NCBI GenBank assembly: GCA_009103225.1
Contig: RHPI01001616.1
Location: 436,731 to 500,730 of the forward strand
Direction: 5' to 3'
DNA from: Chlorokybus atmophyticus
Taxonomy: Eukaryota; Plantae; Mesostigma and Chlorokybus algae
Length of the DNA: 64,000 nt
The position numbers and the translations under genes are program-made. Below the pieces are notes generated by a model. It saw nothing but the letters and a program-made list of their open reading frames with translations. It was not told the origin of the DNA and ran no database searches. Positions 25,851-38,542 of the stretch are shown one piece after another (position 1 is the stretch's first letter; each line of letters opens with the position of its first letter).

Positions 25851-28699
25851 ACAGACAATAACAGGGTGAGTGCCATGCTGCTGGGCTGCTCTGCTCTGCT
25901 CTGCTGCTCTCTCTCTCTGGCCCTACAGCAACTTTCTGCTTGTCCTCGTCAAACCTTGTCTCTGCACGCAGGCTTTGCGCATTTCGACTCTCAGATCAGT
26001 TGCGTTGAGCTGTCTCAAGTACAAGACCAGAAACGAGAAGCTGGGTTCGACACGGTGACAAGCGACAAGGGGGCATAGCTCTCTGTGTGCATGTGTCGAT
26101 TTCGGGCATGCATGTGTGCTTTGGGTCTGTTGTACTCATGACATTGACTTGCCCCCAAGCTATGCATGTGACACAGAATCTATGTGTGCAGAGCGCTGCA
26201 CAGCATGCGCGGATGGCGGGCAGAAGTTCCGTGTTGGATATGTCACACGGGGCACACCAGCACCAACATCATCCACGCTGTCCATGACTCCTCCGCTTCC
26301 TTCACTGGGCACATCCGGGTATGTAGTCAACAGGTTGTACATGTGCGTAATTGAAAAGCTATATGCACCATCACGTGCACAAAACCCCTGCACACAAGCA
26401 TGCATACGCGTGCACAAGCGTGTGCGCGCGACAGCATGTGTATACATACGTGTGTGTGCCCACCTGCATGCACACAACTATGCCGTAACATTGCAGCAAC
26501 CGCAACCAACTTGACTTTGCATCGACTCATCAGTCCCATGTAGCAGGAAAGTACTCGCCACCTCCGCCAGCTTCAACAGCTTCAGCTTCTCCGTAGCCCG
26601 CGCAGGTGAGTGGATGTGGATTTTGGGATGTGGGGTGAGGTTGTCTGTGTGTGGTGGTTATTGCGTGTTGTGCAACGTGTGGGATGTAGTTGTGTGATGC
26701 GTAATGTGGGGGCTTCTTGCAGGCTGGTGCGGAACAGTATCAAGTCGTATCCCCCTCACAGATGCAGCAGGTGAGACGGATTTCAACAAGTTGCTGGGTT
26801 GAAGTTGTACCGAATCAACGAATTACAGTGTGATTACTGTGTGTGCAGGCAAACGAGTATGAAAGCCATGCGCGGCCGTCTGTTTCAGCGGGCTTTGCCC
26901 CCAACAGCAAGCACCCACAGATGGCTAGAGTTGGGAAGACCCGACCCTGCTAGATTGGCCCAACAGTACGCCTTGCATGCTGCGTCAGTTTTGGGTTGGC
27001 TGTGTGCGAGAGTGTGTATGAGTGAGCGAGAGGTAGCGTGTGCGCGTGCAGGTGGCCACATGCGTGCATGTGCAAGTCGATGATGTTGGATTTGAAAGCA
27101 TACTTTGTTGCAGATGGTATCGCGCGGCAGTCTGGGCAACGAAGTCAACCAGTTGTCTCGACCATGGCGTTGATGAGATTTAGCTCCTCCAACAAGGCCA
27201 AGGTACAATGAGTAGGTCTTATGCGAATTTCCATTGCCCATGTGTTGTCGCTCGCTCTCTAGGGAGTTTGTTGAGTTGTTGTTGTTGTGAATACAACAAC
27301 ATTGCGTGGTCAGGTTGTTAGGGATATATGTATCAGCAAGAGCAAATGCTTCAGCTTCACGAGCTTTGCTGCCGCAGCCGTGGCACATGGCCAAGGCCAT
27401 GAAGAGAGATGATGGTGCGAGGACTTGCTAAGATGAGTCGTCTCTCTTGGTTTTGTGTTGTGCGGAAATGGAACCCAACATAGTGGTATCTGTGTTGCGT
27501 GTATACAGGCGGGTAGGTTAGGAACTGACTGGATCAGCTGCGCAGGAGCACGTGGCAGCAGACGCACCAGACCAAGCAGCAGAGGTGGTATTCCCGCAAG
27601 CATGAAAGCTCCCTCAACATTGATGAACATCGCAGTCTATACTGGTTGGCTGCGTCTACAGTCTCTGGATGCGTGTTGCCTTTGTGCAACAGAAGCAAAA
27701 GCACAAATAGCAGCAGCCCCTGCCATGAACAACTATCGAAATTCAAAGCATAAACAGTACCCACCTGGCTGTCCGCTATGCCACGTCGTATCTCCTTGGC
27801 TGATACCTGTTCACATGTCAAGCACGCATGATGCATATACACAAATTGCCAACCAACTGTTGCTAGTGCTCACGCGTTTGGCAGGCAAACTGTTTATCCT
27901 TGCATGCGCATGCATGGTTACCTCAATAGTATACCCTATGCATGGTGTGCTCGTGTGGACTGTCAGTGGTGGCACACTGAGTCAACAACTTGTGCTGCTT
28001 CGCGTGTTATATTGCTGTGTTATTTCATGTGCGCGCGTGCATGCGGCAGGGTCCTTAGTCTGCTCCAACGCTCAGCAGCATTTCTCTACAACACCGCAAT
28101 AAAGCAGCTTGGTGTTGTAAGTGCAAGAATGTTATGACACCCGAAGTTAGTGACTTTGAGTAGCACTTCGAATGCTATGAGCATTCAAAGTGTTACATGC
28201 ATGCGAGAGTACCTGAAATACTGGACGTGTTTGGCAAAAGCACAACGGAAACTCATATTTACAGCCGCAGCCATGTTTGCAAAACTGTAGCCCCATGACT
28301 GCCAACTCACACACTACCCACAAACTTACGGCTACATCACACATAATCCTTCACGTACCGCTTACCCACTACCACACCAAGCTGGCCGCTCCCATTCTCC
28401 CTATTGCAGCTTCCTAAGCAAATCAAACACGAGAGACAACGAGAGCCCGCACAAGCTGACCGACAGCAAAACCCTTTGTCTCTTGATTTTGTTTCTCTTT
28501 TGCTTTTCTTTTTATGTTCCACGCATCCTTTGTTTCTCTTGATGAGGTAGTGACATGAAGCACCGGTCCGTATGCGAGGGGCGGGGTGTTGTTGAGAGGC
28601 TGAGCGATGTCATTGTTGTTGCTCACAGCCAGGCCATGCATGATGACAGCACGCAGAGACAGGTCGCTGGTGGCTTGGTAGTAGTACTACTACTGTAGC

Positions 28700-30900
28700 A
28701 CATTACAACGGGTCCGGCGTACCCGTCAATTGCGTGCAAAAGCGCCGATGAAGTCAATGAGGCCAAGGGATTGGCGGAGCTTGAGGAGAGGCACGCTCTT
28801 GTTTGTGTCTGCTTGTTGCTGTTGCTGTTGAGGTAAGGTCCCACACCTGCATGTCGATTCGCCTCCTGTGCCCATCGGCATATTGCAAGCTGACTGAGCG
28901 CATACAACCGCTTCTTCGCTGTGAGAGAGAGGAGGAGACGGTTGGTTGGCGCGCATGGATGATAAGACATGCACGTACTCATACCACCGCAGTGAGGAGC
29001 TACAAAAATGCGAAAAGACAGGTGCACAACACGTACGTGTGCACACATACTCTCACCTGAGTCGATGACAAGGTTTGAGACTTGCACACCACCGCCTGCG
29101 GGTGGGCTGCTGCATTTGCACAGGGTGTGCACGTTGGAGAGCAGCGATCGCGGAGGGTTGATGTTGCCATGTGGGGTTTAGGGTGCACGTGCATGAAAGT
29201 TGACCACACATCTGCATGCGCGCGCATCAGCACACACACACGCACACACGCACACACACACACACACAGGCAAGGCAGAAGCACAGTGCATCGACAGCGT
29301 GCATGCGGAGCGTGCACTGCGTTACACGAACACCATCTCAGTGCCCTCTCCATACCTGTTGCCAGCAATGGCGAGGTGTTTGAGGATGTGGTAGTAGCTG
29401 GGCTGCCCCACTCGCAGGGCGCGTGATGAGGCCGGTACACCACTTTGGGGGGGAACGCGTAGCGGGTGGGACGCCACATAGATGGCGGGGAAGGGCGCAG
29501 GCTCGTTGGATGAAAGGAGCGCGTAGTAGATGAACGATGTTGTCGGTGGAGCCTCTCAGCATATTTGTGGACCCGCAAACAGCAACATGAGAAGTGATGA
29601 CGAAAGCTACCCAGGTCAGGTGCGTGCCAGCCTGTCACATGGGTGGGCGGCGCCAAGCGTGTTGTCATCAAACAGCCATCGCGCACCATCACCAAGAGAC
29701 ACACTGGTGTGCAGTGCACTGTCAACCATCATGATGCTCGTACCGTGATGCACGCGCAGTGCGTTTGCACGTGTGAACACTAGCAAAACGGTTGGTGAGC
29801 ACGCACACGGTGTTGCATGTGCATGCACAAGCACACAACTCTTCCACCCACCTGACGTGTCGTATGCGGCGCCCGTGAACAGCAGGGCGGACGGCGACAC
29901 ACATACGCTGAAGCCGGGGAGGGACGGCGCCAGGGTGGAGTTGCAGCCATCTGTCAGGTCTTGCCCCGTACTGCTCGCAGCAGGTGCCCTCGCGCAGCTC
30001 CACGCCGTACCCTGGCAGGTGTGTGACACAAAGAAGAAGAAAGAAAGCCTAGTGTCAAGTGCTCTCCTTCCCCACAACCATCCAACTGATGAACTCATAT
30101 GGGGTTCTTTCCCCTCCAGAAGAGAGCTCCTGAGCGAACGAGCGCAAGTGCAGAGCTGGAGTTAGAGGGGAGTAGAGTGTGCAGTGGGAGAGCCTCAGGT
30201 AGGGGAAAGTCTGGTTCTGATCTTGTTTACACATCCGGTATCCTGTATGCGACAACACGGCGGGCAAAGCACGCGCATCCAGCCTTTGGCGTTGTCGGAC
30301 TGGAGGAGTACACGTTGCCCGCTTTGCTGGTGCGCGTGTCGTCGTACAGCACGAAGCCATCAAACACAACAATCGCACCCTGGTACAACACCCGCCTCGC
30401 GCACCCCGGCCCGAACGTGTCACGCAGGAACTCCGCCCTGAGTTGCTATGGCAGTGATGATGATGCGACTTGTGGCAGCACAACACCATCAGATCGTGCG
30501 TGAGGCGCATCACCACAGAAGGAGGCACGCACGCATGCACACATATTCTCTCTGCAACTGTGCACATCTGCTCATCAGCGGCCTGCACGTAAAGGCACCC
30601 ACCGACACGCCCACCCACCCACCCAGAGTGAAACGCCGCAAGTGAACTCAGTTGGGTGACATGATGATGATGCCTTGAGAAGGTATACTTTGACAAGGCA
30701 CGCGTATTTCTAAGTCAATGCGCACATTGTGTGCATGCCACACACGAACGCTGCACGCAAGTGCAGGGCAGGAGGGCATTGCCATGGGCGACGAGCTGAG
30801 CAAAGTTGAAGATTCCTTTGACATCATCGGTGGTCGTTACAGGAAAGTCACCGTATGCAAAGCGCTCGTTATCCTGCGTCCTGTACGAGCACCTGCACAA
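28700..30900 (-). CDS. Putative multi-exon gene of unknown function (partial model)
   Basis: Protein-like minus-strand segments, several bounded by AG/GT: ~30890-30785 (SYRTQDNERFAYGDFPVTTTDDVKGIFNFAQLVAH), ~30440-30232 (AEFLRDTFGPGCARRVLYQGAIVVFDGFVLYDDTR), ~30010-29905 (YGVELREGTCCEQYG), ~29490-29360 (IYVASHPLRVPP...YYHILKHLAIAGN) and ~28920-28845. No family recognised. Confidence 0.4.
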
Positions 30901-30918
30901 CACAGCGCAGTCACACAC

Positions 30919-30920
<2 letters not shown>

Positions 30921-31005
<85 letters not shown>

Positions 31006-31601
31006 NNNNNNNNNNNNNNNNNNNNNNNNNNNNNNNNNNNNNNNNNNNNNNNNNNNNNNNNNNNNNNNNNNNNNNNNNNNNNNNNNNNNNNNNNNNNNNN
31101 NNNNNNNNNNNNNNNNNNNNNNNNNNNNNNNNNNNNNNNNNNNNNNNNNNNNNNNNNNNNNNNNNNNNNNNNNNNNNNNNNNNNNNNNNNNNNNNNNNNN
31201 NNNNNNNNNNNNNNNNNNNNNNNNNNNNNNNNNNNNNNNNNNNNNNNNNNNNNNNNNNNNNNNNNNNNNNNNNNNNNNNNNNNNNNNNNNNNNNNNNNNN
31301 NNNNNNNNNNNNNNNNNNNNNNNNNNNNNNNNNNNNNNNNNNNNNNNNNNNNNNNNNNNNNNNNNNNNNNNNNNNNNNNNNNNNNNNNNNNNNNNNNNNN
31401 NNNNNNNNNNNNNNNNNNNNNNNNNNNNNNNNNNNNNNNNNNNNNNNNNNNNNNNNNNNNNNNNNNNNNNNNNNNNNNNNNNNNNNNNNNNNNNNNNNNN
31501 NNNNNNNNNNNNNNNNNNNNNNNNNNNNNNNNNNNNNNNNNNNNNNNNNNNNNNNNNNNNNNNNNNNNNNNNNNNNNNNNNNNNNNNNNNNNNNNNNNNN
31601 N
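30921..31601. repeat. (GA)n microsatellite followed by an assembly gap (N 31006-31601)
   Basis: GA run 30921-31005, then an N block. Confidence 0.95.
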
Positions 31602-32386
31602 TGAGGGGGGAGAGAGGAAGGATGACAGAAGATGAGAGGATGCGGCTGCTGAGAGTAGGCGGTGCATTGTGGCACACTCGCAGGCTGCAACTGCAAGAGG
31701 AAAAAGCCCTTACCAGCAGGTTACAAGCCTGTTTAATATGTGAATGATGCATCCAGCATGTACTCCACCCACACCCACACCCACTAGGCGCCGCAATACA
31801 CCTTGGAAAAAGGTGCTTCTTGCGCACCCTGTGCAAGCTGTCACCATCAGCTTGCCCAACTTGAACTCCCAGATGGTAGTGTGTCGACCACCACCAAGTT
31901 GGTGGTTACGACATCATGTCGTAACCAACATGTTCGCTTGCACTCAGCCCAACCCTGGTCCCCCTCCCCCTTTCATATGCAAGAGGTGTGAAAACATGTA
32001 GAGGCTGTTGCCAGGCAGGGAGCAGTCGCCTGCATGCAAATAACAAGGCACAACAGACGCAAGTCACGCAAAGGGCAAGGCGATATCCAGTATCAGCAAT
32101 CTACAGAGCACACCGTGACGGAGATACCTTGCAAGCTGCAGCCGCATCAACACATCAACTGATGGAGAAGAGCACGTTGTCGCATCATCAAGCTCACACG
32201 CTGTGCCTCGGGGAAGGGGCCCTTGATGTCATGCACAATAGTTGACTTGCACCACTTGCATGCACTCGCTAACTCCCAAGCAACCGTACGCACATATCCC
32301 GTCGGCGGCGGCGGCAGCGGCGGGGTAGTCGTCGCGGGCGTAGCCGGTGAGGTGGCCTGGAAGCTTCCTCCGGCCCGCCCCCCGGC

Positions 32387-35379
32387 ATGGGAGGCAAGTC
32401 GAAGGGGCGGCGGACCGCTGCGGAGGAGATCGCCGCAGCAGAGCAGGTGCGAGAGGGGTTGGTCCAATGGCTTGCTGGTGCCCTGATCTAGGGTTTTGTG
32501 CTGCACACGCTTGTTTACCGTTTGCTCTTGCTTATCTGTTTTCCTTGCTTGTGTCATTTTGACCGTGCTTCATGCTGTGCTTGGATCGGTTGCAATGCAC
32601 ACAGGCGTGTTTCCTTACTCGACTTCCTTGTGCATTGTAGCTCTGATGAAATGACTTATTTTGCGCACTGACTCGCACATTGCGTTGCTTAGCTGCTTGC
32701 CAGCGCTTGCTTGTGATCTGTCGGCTGGACTGCTCAACTCTACGTCAGAGCCTTGAGTCGTTTTGCTGTACAACTTCCAGTTCCAGTTGGCCTCACCCTG
32801 CTGCTGTATTAGGCACTTGACGACTTGGCCGCTGTGGAGGTTTTTGCAACTAATGGCAGCGCCGTCACTATGCGCGAGCTGTTAGGGTTGGGGTTGGAGT
32901 CAGGGCAAGCAGCAATGGGCACAAGTCAGCCACAGGCAAGTCGAACGTTGTGATACGTGTAGCTGAGTTTGTTGAAGTGCAATGTGGGCATTTACACCTG
33001 GGCCTTGCATGTGTACAGGGGAAAGTGCTGCTTGTGCTGCTGAGACACTTCGGATGACCCGCGTGGTACATACTCTCACGTGCACGATCGCTCGCATGCA
33101 TGCATGGAGTATGTTGCAAGTGCGCTTGAATCAGCATCCCAACATGCCAACGATGCTGGTGCATACACGTCTGCAATGCTCATCCACCAACCGATATGCC
33201 GCAAGCATGTTTCAGCTTGCGTGTATGTGTGCTGACAGTTTTCCTCTTTTGTCAGTTGGGACCGCGCGAGGTCGGTGCTTGCAATCAAGTCCCGCCTCGA
33301 CGCGGCCGGCGTGCGCCTTATAGCTGTAGGCGTCGGCACTGCGAAGGGAGCTGCCAAGTTTGCAGAAAAGGTACTATACCAATCAACGCATTCCGCCAAC
33401 GCCATCTGCATCATCACCAGGAGTATCATTGTTATTAATGTCGTCAATGTCATGGTTGTTGTTTCTGCCACAAAGCAGTACCTTTTGATAATATGATGGC
33501 TTGTTTTTGGGCTGTGCAGTGTCCCTTTCCGGAAGAGTTGTGCTTCTGCGACCCTCAAAGAAAGGTACCACCAGTATATCCATGTTGGGCAAGCTAACAG
33601 GTTGCATTGTAAATTGCAGAATATGATACTACTCGTCACCATGTGCCGCACATTCGCTCAATGTGTGTAAGCACACACTTAGCCAATGTGCGGCACACGT
33701 GCGCCTGCAAGCGTCTGTGCAAGCAAGAGCATGTGCACACTTGCGCGCATGTGTGTGTGCGCACGCGCGCATGCGTGCATGTCTGTTTGTTCATTGATTA
33801 TTTTACTGGCAACAGGTGTATGTGACCATTGAATGTGTGCAATCAAGCATGTGCATGCTCACGTGCGCGTGTTTGTGTGTCCGCGCGCGCGCGTGCACGT
33901 ATTTGTTTGTTCATTGATTATTTTACTGGCAACAGGTGTATGTGACCATTGAATGTGTGCAATCAAGCATGTGCATGCTCACGTGCGCGTGTTTGTGTGT
34001 CCGCGCGCGCGCGTGCATGTCTGTTTGTTCATTGATTATTTTACTGGCAACAGGTGTATGTGACCATTGAATGTGTGCAATCAAGCATGTGCATGCTCAC
34101 GTGCGCGTGTTTGTGTGTCCGCGCGCGCGCGTGCATGTCTGTTTGTTCATTGATTATTTTACTGGCAACAGGTGTATGTGACCATTGAATGTGTGCAATC
34201 AAGCATGTGCATGCTCACGTGCGCGTGTTTGTGTGTCCGCGCGCGCGCGTGCATGTCTGTTTGTTCATTGATTATTTTACTGGCAACAGGTGTATGTGAC
34301 CATTGAATGTGTGCAATCAAGCATGTGCATGCTCACGTGCGCGTGTTTGTGTGTCCGCGCGCGCATGCGTGCATGTCTGTTTGTTCATTGATTATTTTAC
34401 TGGCAACAGGTGTATGTGACCATTGAATGTGTGCAATCAAGCATGTGCATGCTCACGTGCGCGTGTTTGTGTGTCCGCGCGCGCGCGTGCACGTATTTGT
34501 TTGTTGGCTGATACATTACCATCAGCGTGTATGCGACTCAAAATGGGTGCAGGCTTACGCGGCTTTGGCGTTGTACGACAGCGTGCTGCGTTCTATGCGC
34601 TCCATTGTAAGTTCGCTTTACAATGCTCTGCTCCATTGTGAGTGCGCATTCACAAACCCATATACACAGTTGTCATAAACAGCAGTTATTCGTGGCGTGG
34701 TTATTGCCAACGTATGTACCAATCAATGCTTGGTACTGCAGCCGAAGGTTTTCTGCGGTTGTGGCGGGCGATGCATCGGCTTCCCCAAAGGGTTCTATTT
34801 TGTGACGCCTCCAAGCACAATGTCCACCATGCAGCAGGTACCACATCTAGAGTACTACCCCTGATGTCTTCTTTGACACAACACCAGCACATGTGGGCTC
34901 TATGTACTGCATTCACCACTGCATGCGTTGTTGTCCAGGACTGTGACACAATGTTGTGCATGCTTGGTACAGTGTTCCACGCAATGTCACGCCTTGGCAA
35001 GCATTGTTTTCAACAAATTTACAATCTTCTGCACTAACATCTTAGCACTTGTGCAGGGCGGAACCTTTGTGTTTCAAGGCAGGAACGTGTTGTATGCCCG
35101 GCGCGATGAGGAGACGGGGGATCATGCACCCTTAGAAGAAGTAAGAGTTGCCATACCCCTCTGCTCATGTGTGCACGCACATGTGCGCAAGTGAGTAGAT
35201 GTGTGTGCCCTTGCTGTGAGCACATGCAAGTATCCCCATGTGCATGTTTGTCTATATGCGTATATGCGTGTGTCTGTTGTTGGCGCACAAGCCCATGTTT
35301 TGAACACATTGTCGTGCAGGTTCTTGCTGCTTGCGTGGGGCCAGAAGTAGCTCGGCAATGGAGTGCCAGCCTTGAGTAG
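32387..35379 (+). CDS. SELENOU: Selenoprotein U-like / PRXL2 (AhpC-TSA_2) thioredoxin-fold protein with Sec in a UxxC motif, ~227 aa, 9 exons
   Basis: Exons 32387-32446, 32813-32935 (GC donor CAG|GCAAGT), 33019-33065, 33256-33370, 33520-33564, 34553-34606, 34742-34837, 35057-35140 and 35320-35379 total 684 nt. The sequence reads VLLVLLRHFG-UGA(33055-33057)-PACWDRAR...LDAAGVRLIAVGVGT...CPFPEELCFCDPQRKAYAAL...MQQGGTFVFQG..VLYARRDEETGDHAPLEEVL. The UGA occupies the first Cys position of the family's RHFGCxxC motif, and a SECIS follows the TAG stop. Confidence 0.9.
33781..34505. repeat. Minisatellite, six near-identical 118-120 bp units, inside intron 5 of the SelU-like gene
   Basis: The marker TTCATTGATTATTTTACTGGCAACAGGTGTATGTGACC recurs at about 33790, 33910, 34028, 34146, 34264 and 34384. 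Confidence 0.95.
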
Positions 35380-35427
35380 CGATGAGGTAGCACAATAAGA
35401 GCTAACACCATACGATAGTCTCTGCAG

Positions 35428-35512
35428 TCTGTACGCTCCATGACGCTGCCGGCTGTCAAAGATGGCGCTTTCATGCTGAGGGCGCAGGCGTCGGCGGTTG
35501 AGAGGGCAACCT
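35428..35512 (+). promoter_or_regulatory. SECIS element, copy 1 (form-2-like, with apical mini-stem) in the 3' UTR of the SelU-like gene
   Basis: A-UGAC (35440-35444), helix gcugccggc/gucggcggu, AAA (35458-35460), mini-stem gcgcuuu/agggcgc and 3' UGAG (35499-35502). It lies ~60 nt after the TAG stop. Confidence 0.85.
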
Positions 35513-36592
35513 GCGTGCAGAAGGCAGACCAGTATCACCCGTTCAGCAATTTATGTGCTCACACAGTGTTTAGGGAGTCCTTCTGACACTGTGCGATGCA
35601 TATGATGCGCAAAGTCTTGTCGTTGCACATACACCTCCACAAGTGACATCCACATATTGCCAACTGCTGCTGGTGCTCGCATGTTTGTCGGGGCAGTTGC
35701 GGTACATGATTACGTGCGCATGTGGTGCACTTGTGTGGATTGTCACATTGGGCTAGCGGCTTGTGTTGTTTCGCTTGCCACCGCACAGAGAGTTTGTGGG
35801 ACAAGTCATGCCAGTGCACTGTTATGCATATGAATGTGCAAGCATAGGTAAAGTACTCAACCAAGCTAAGCTCAGCTGCTCAGTATGCTGTTCTCGCGAG
35901 TGCATGGACACCCCGTCCCAACATCCTGTGTGTGCATGTATTCGGTTGTACGCGTGTGTGCGTGCACCTGTGCTTGTGCACGCCAGTGCGTGTGCTGTTA
36001 GTGTTTCAATGCTTTGTTGCCTGATGGTCTTGTGTGACTAAGCAGCCGAAACCTCCTTTCAGCTTCTCTGACGGATGCACCGTGCCTCTCCAATTGCTGC
36101 CCTTATCCCAACTCCAAACGCCACACATAGCACATCATATATTCTGTACACACTATGAAGCTGCCCTCAACTTGTGTTATGCCTAATGCTAAGGACTGAC
36201 AAACAGGGCAGAAATAAAACTTGAGTGCACCTCCCTCTCTCGCTAATCTGCTGTACCCAAGCCTGCAATGCCAGATGAGTCACATCTTAAGCCTCCAAGC
36301 ACTCACCATTTGGGTCTCGCCGCAACAAGACAACAGCACCCATCACTCCTCCTCCTCCGCGTGTTCCCTCGTTGCTACATGGCATGCTGACATGAGATCG
36401 ACCAAGGTAGCGACCTGTGGAGTTCACACGCACACGCACGCGCACGCACAGAGAGGCACAGAGGGCAGAGGCAGAGGCACGCACGCATGCACGCACACGT
36501 ATGCATGCACGCACTGTGCGTGCGGGGCACTTAGAGGGAGGGGCAGGTGCGTAGAAGTAGAGGCAGGCAGGTGCGCACACAGGCACATGCGC

Positions 36593-36594
<2 letters not shown>

Positions 36595-36647
<53 letters not shown>
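36595..36647. repeat. (GA)n microsatellite
   Basis: Pure GA run. Confidence 0.95.
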
Positions 36648-36649
<2 letters not shown>

Positions 36650-38542
36650 GCATACGCAGAGGCAGAGACAGGCAGGTGCGCACACGCAGGAGGGAAGCAT
36701 GCACTCAGTTGGATGCGCAGAGAAGATTTGCCTTGATGGTATAAGCGATGTCTGACCACAACAATGCACACCACTTACGTTGACTTTGGGGTGTGGACAT
36801 CAAGGATACCCTTCTTTGTTTTAAAAGCTGCGGCCGCTCAAGAAGGATGAAGACTTGCCTTGTCTGCACCCGTTGATGCAGAACCAATAAGCCTTGATCA
36901 TGTTGATCATGTCAAGACAGTCGTCATGGTGACTGCAAAGTGAGTAGTGTCAAGATTGAAACAGATGTTGGCCTACTAACATGCTGTATGGCGCCATATG
37001 TGATGTCATCAATAACAAATTGCAGGCCACCAGGGACGACGTTCTTCACATCCACCGCTTAGTCTCGCACAGCTCCAACAGAGGGTGCAGGTGGTAGTAG
37101 TGATGATGTCCCACCACAGCTGTCCTGCGAGAACTCCACTTGCTGTGAATGCCCGCACAACCAAAATGCCCCTCGCCTCCTGCTCCGCCTTCGCCTCTAT
37201 CTGCTCGCTCTCCTTCAGAGGGTAAGCTTTACTCAATGTGTGCACGGGGCGCATGCATGGAGTGGTTGTGCAATGGGTTTGCACAGTCTAGCTTTTCTTC
37301 TTCTTACAGCAATTGCCTGCTCAGGACACGCAGCAGAATGTAATAGTCGTCGTAGCAGTCTTGCACGCTGGTGCAACGTTGGGTTAACCCTGCACCTCAC
37401 ATCCTTTACCTCCCTCTGCTCTGCTCTGCTATGTCGCGGTGGATACGGGGCTAATGTTTCGCCTCACCCACACCTGCCTGCTGCTGCTGCTGCTTGCATT
37501 GCCCAAGCTCTCACTTTTAAGGCGCCTAACTACGTGCATCACTTACCATTATTGCACGTAGCTAGCCCCTGATGCATATCTATGAGTGCGATGTGGTGGT
37601 CTTTGTAATGCGTTGGGCTGTACAGGCAAGGCAACCGCCTTGCCAGTACAGCCCAACATACAACCCGCGTGGCGTGCCGGTTGTACTGTTTGGCACACCT
37701 TCGTTGAAAACATAAGACCAAAAGCAGCAGCAACGGAATCAGCAGCAGCAGCAACAACCTCATCATCAACCACCACCACCACCACATGTGCTGCCTAAAT
37801 CAAGCAGTTGCAAGTGTTGCAGATTGCCAGGCGTGTGCGCGATGCACGTGTATTGATGCACATGTAGCTGACACGTTTGTCTACCAGCAGCTTGTGACTG
37901 CTATAGTAGATGACCTGTAAAAGTACCTCTCAAGTTGCAAAACTCTATCTTGCTTCGTGAATCAGACAACTATGTGTGGCAAGCTCATGCATCACCAATG
38001 CACGTGCAACAAGAGCTGGTGCATGCACCTGAAGAAGCTGCGACTGCAGCACACTACACCATGTAAACGATGCACAGCCATGATGTAGGCAAGGCAAATG
38101 AATCAAGTCTCATCAAATATCAGCTGCAAAGGGCTGATCGTAGTCTCATGCTAACTGACACTGACACTGACACTGACACTGACACTCCTTGTTGCAACAA
38201 AATGCCATTGCTATCGACACAACGTAGCATGCCAGCAAGCAACAATTGCATCACTTTCAACTCCAAGCCAGCATCGAGTCACCAATAGCTCCAATGTCAC
38301 ATAGCCTAACCCTGATCAACAGATCTAGCACACTACACGTAATGACCCAACCTCCAACCTTCAGTAATGCAACGCTATTCCACAATCAAATGTGACAACT
38401 GCGGCGACTGATAATTTTACTTCTAATAAATACCAACCAATACCAGCAAGCACCATGCAGACAACCATGCCACCCACCTCTCTCACTCTCACCTCTTCTC
38501 TCACCCTCTCACCCTCTCTCTCACTCTCTCGCACTTCTCTGC

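Noticed and set aside
26225-26320. CWICH (CxxCH, heme-c-like) motif in a possible plus-strand exon
   Set aside because: Neighbouring candidate exons at 26550-27650 could not be joined into a consistent stop-free model, and a lone CxxCH is expected by chance.
33781-34505. Regular ~119-bp repeat array as a possible CRISPR
   Set aside because: There are no unique spacers; whole units repeat head-to-tail inside a eukaryotic intron, and no cas genes are present.
36280-37800. Scattered minus-strand exon-like segments
   Set aside because: No consistent frame or family emerged, and several candidates contain stops, so it was not reported as a gene.
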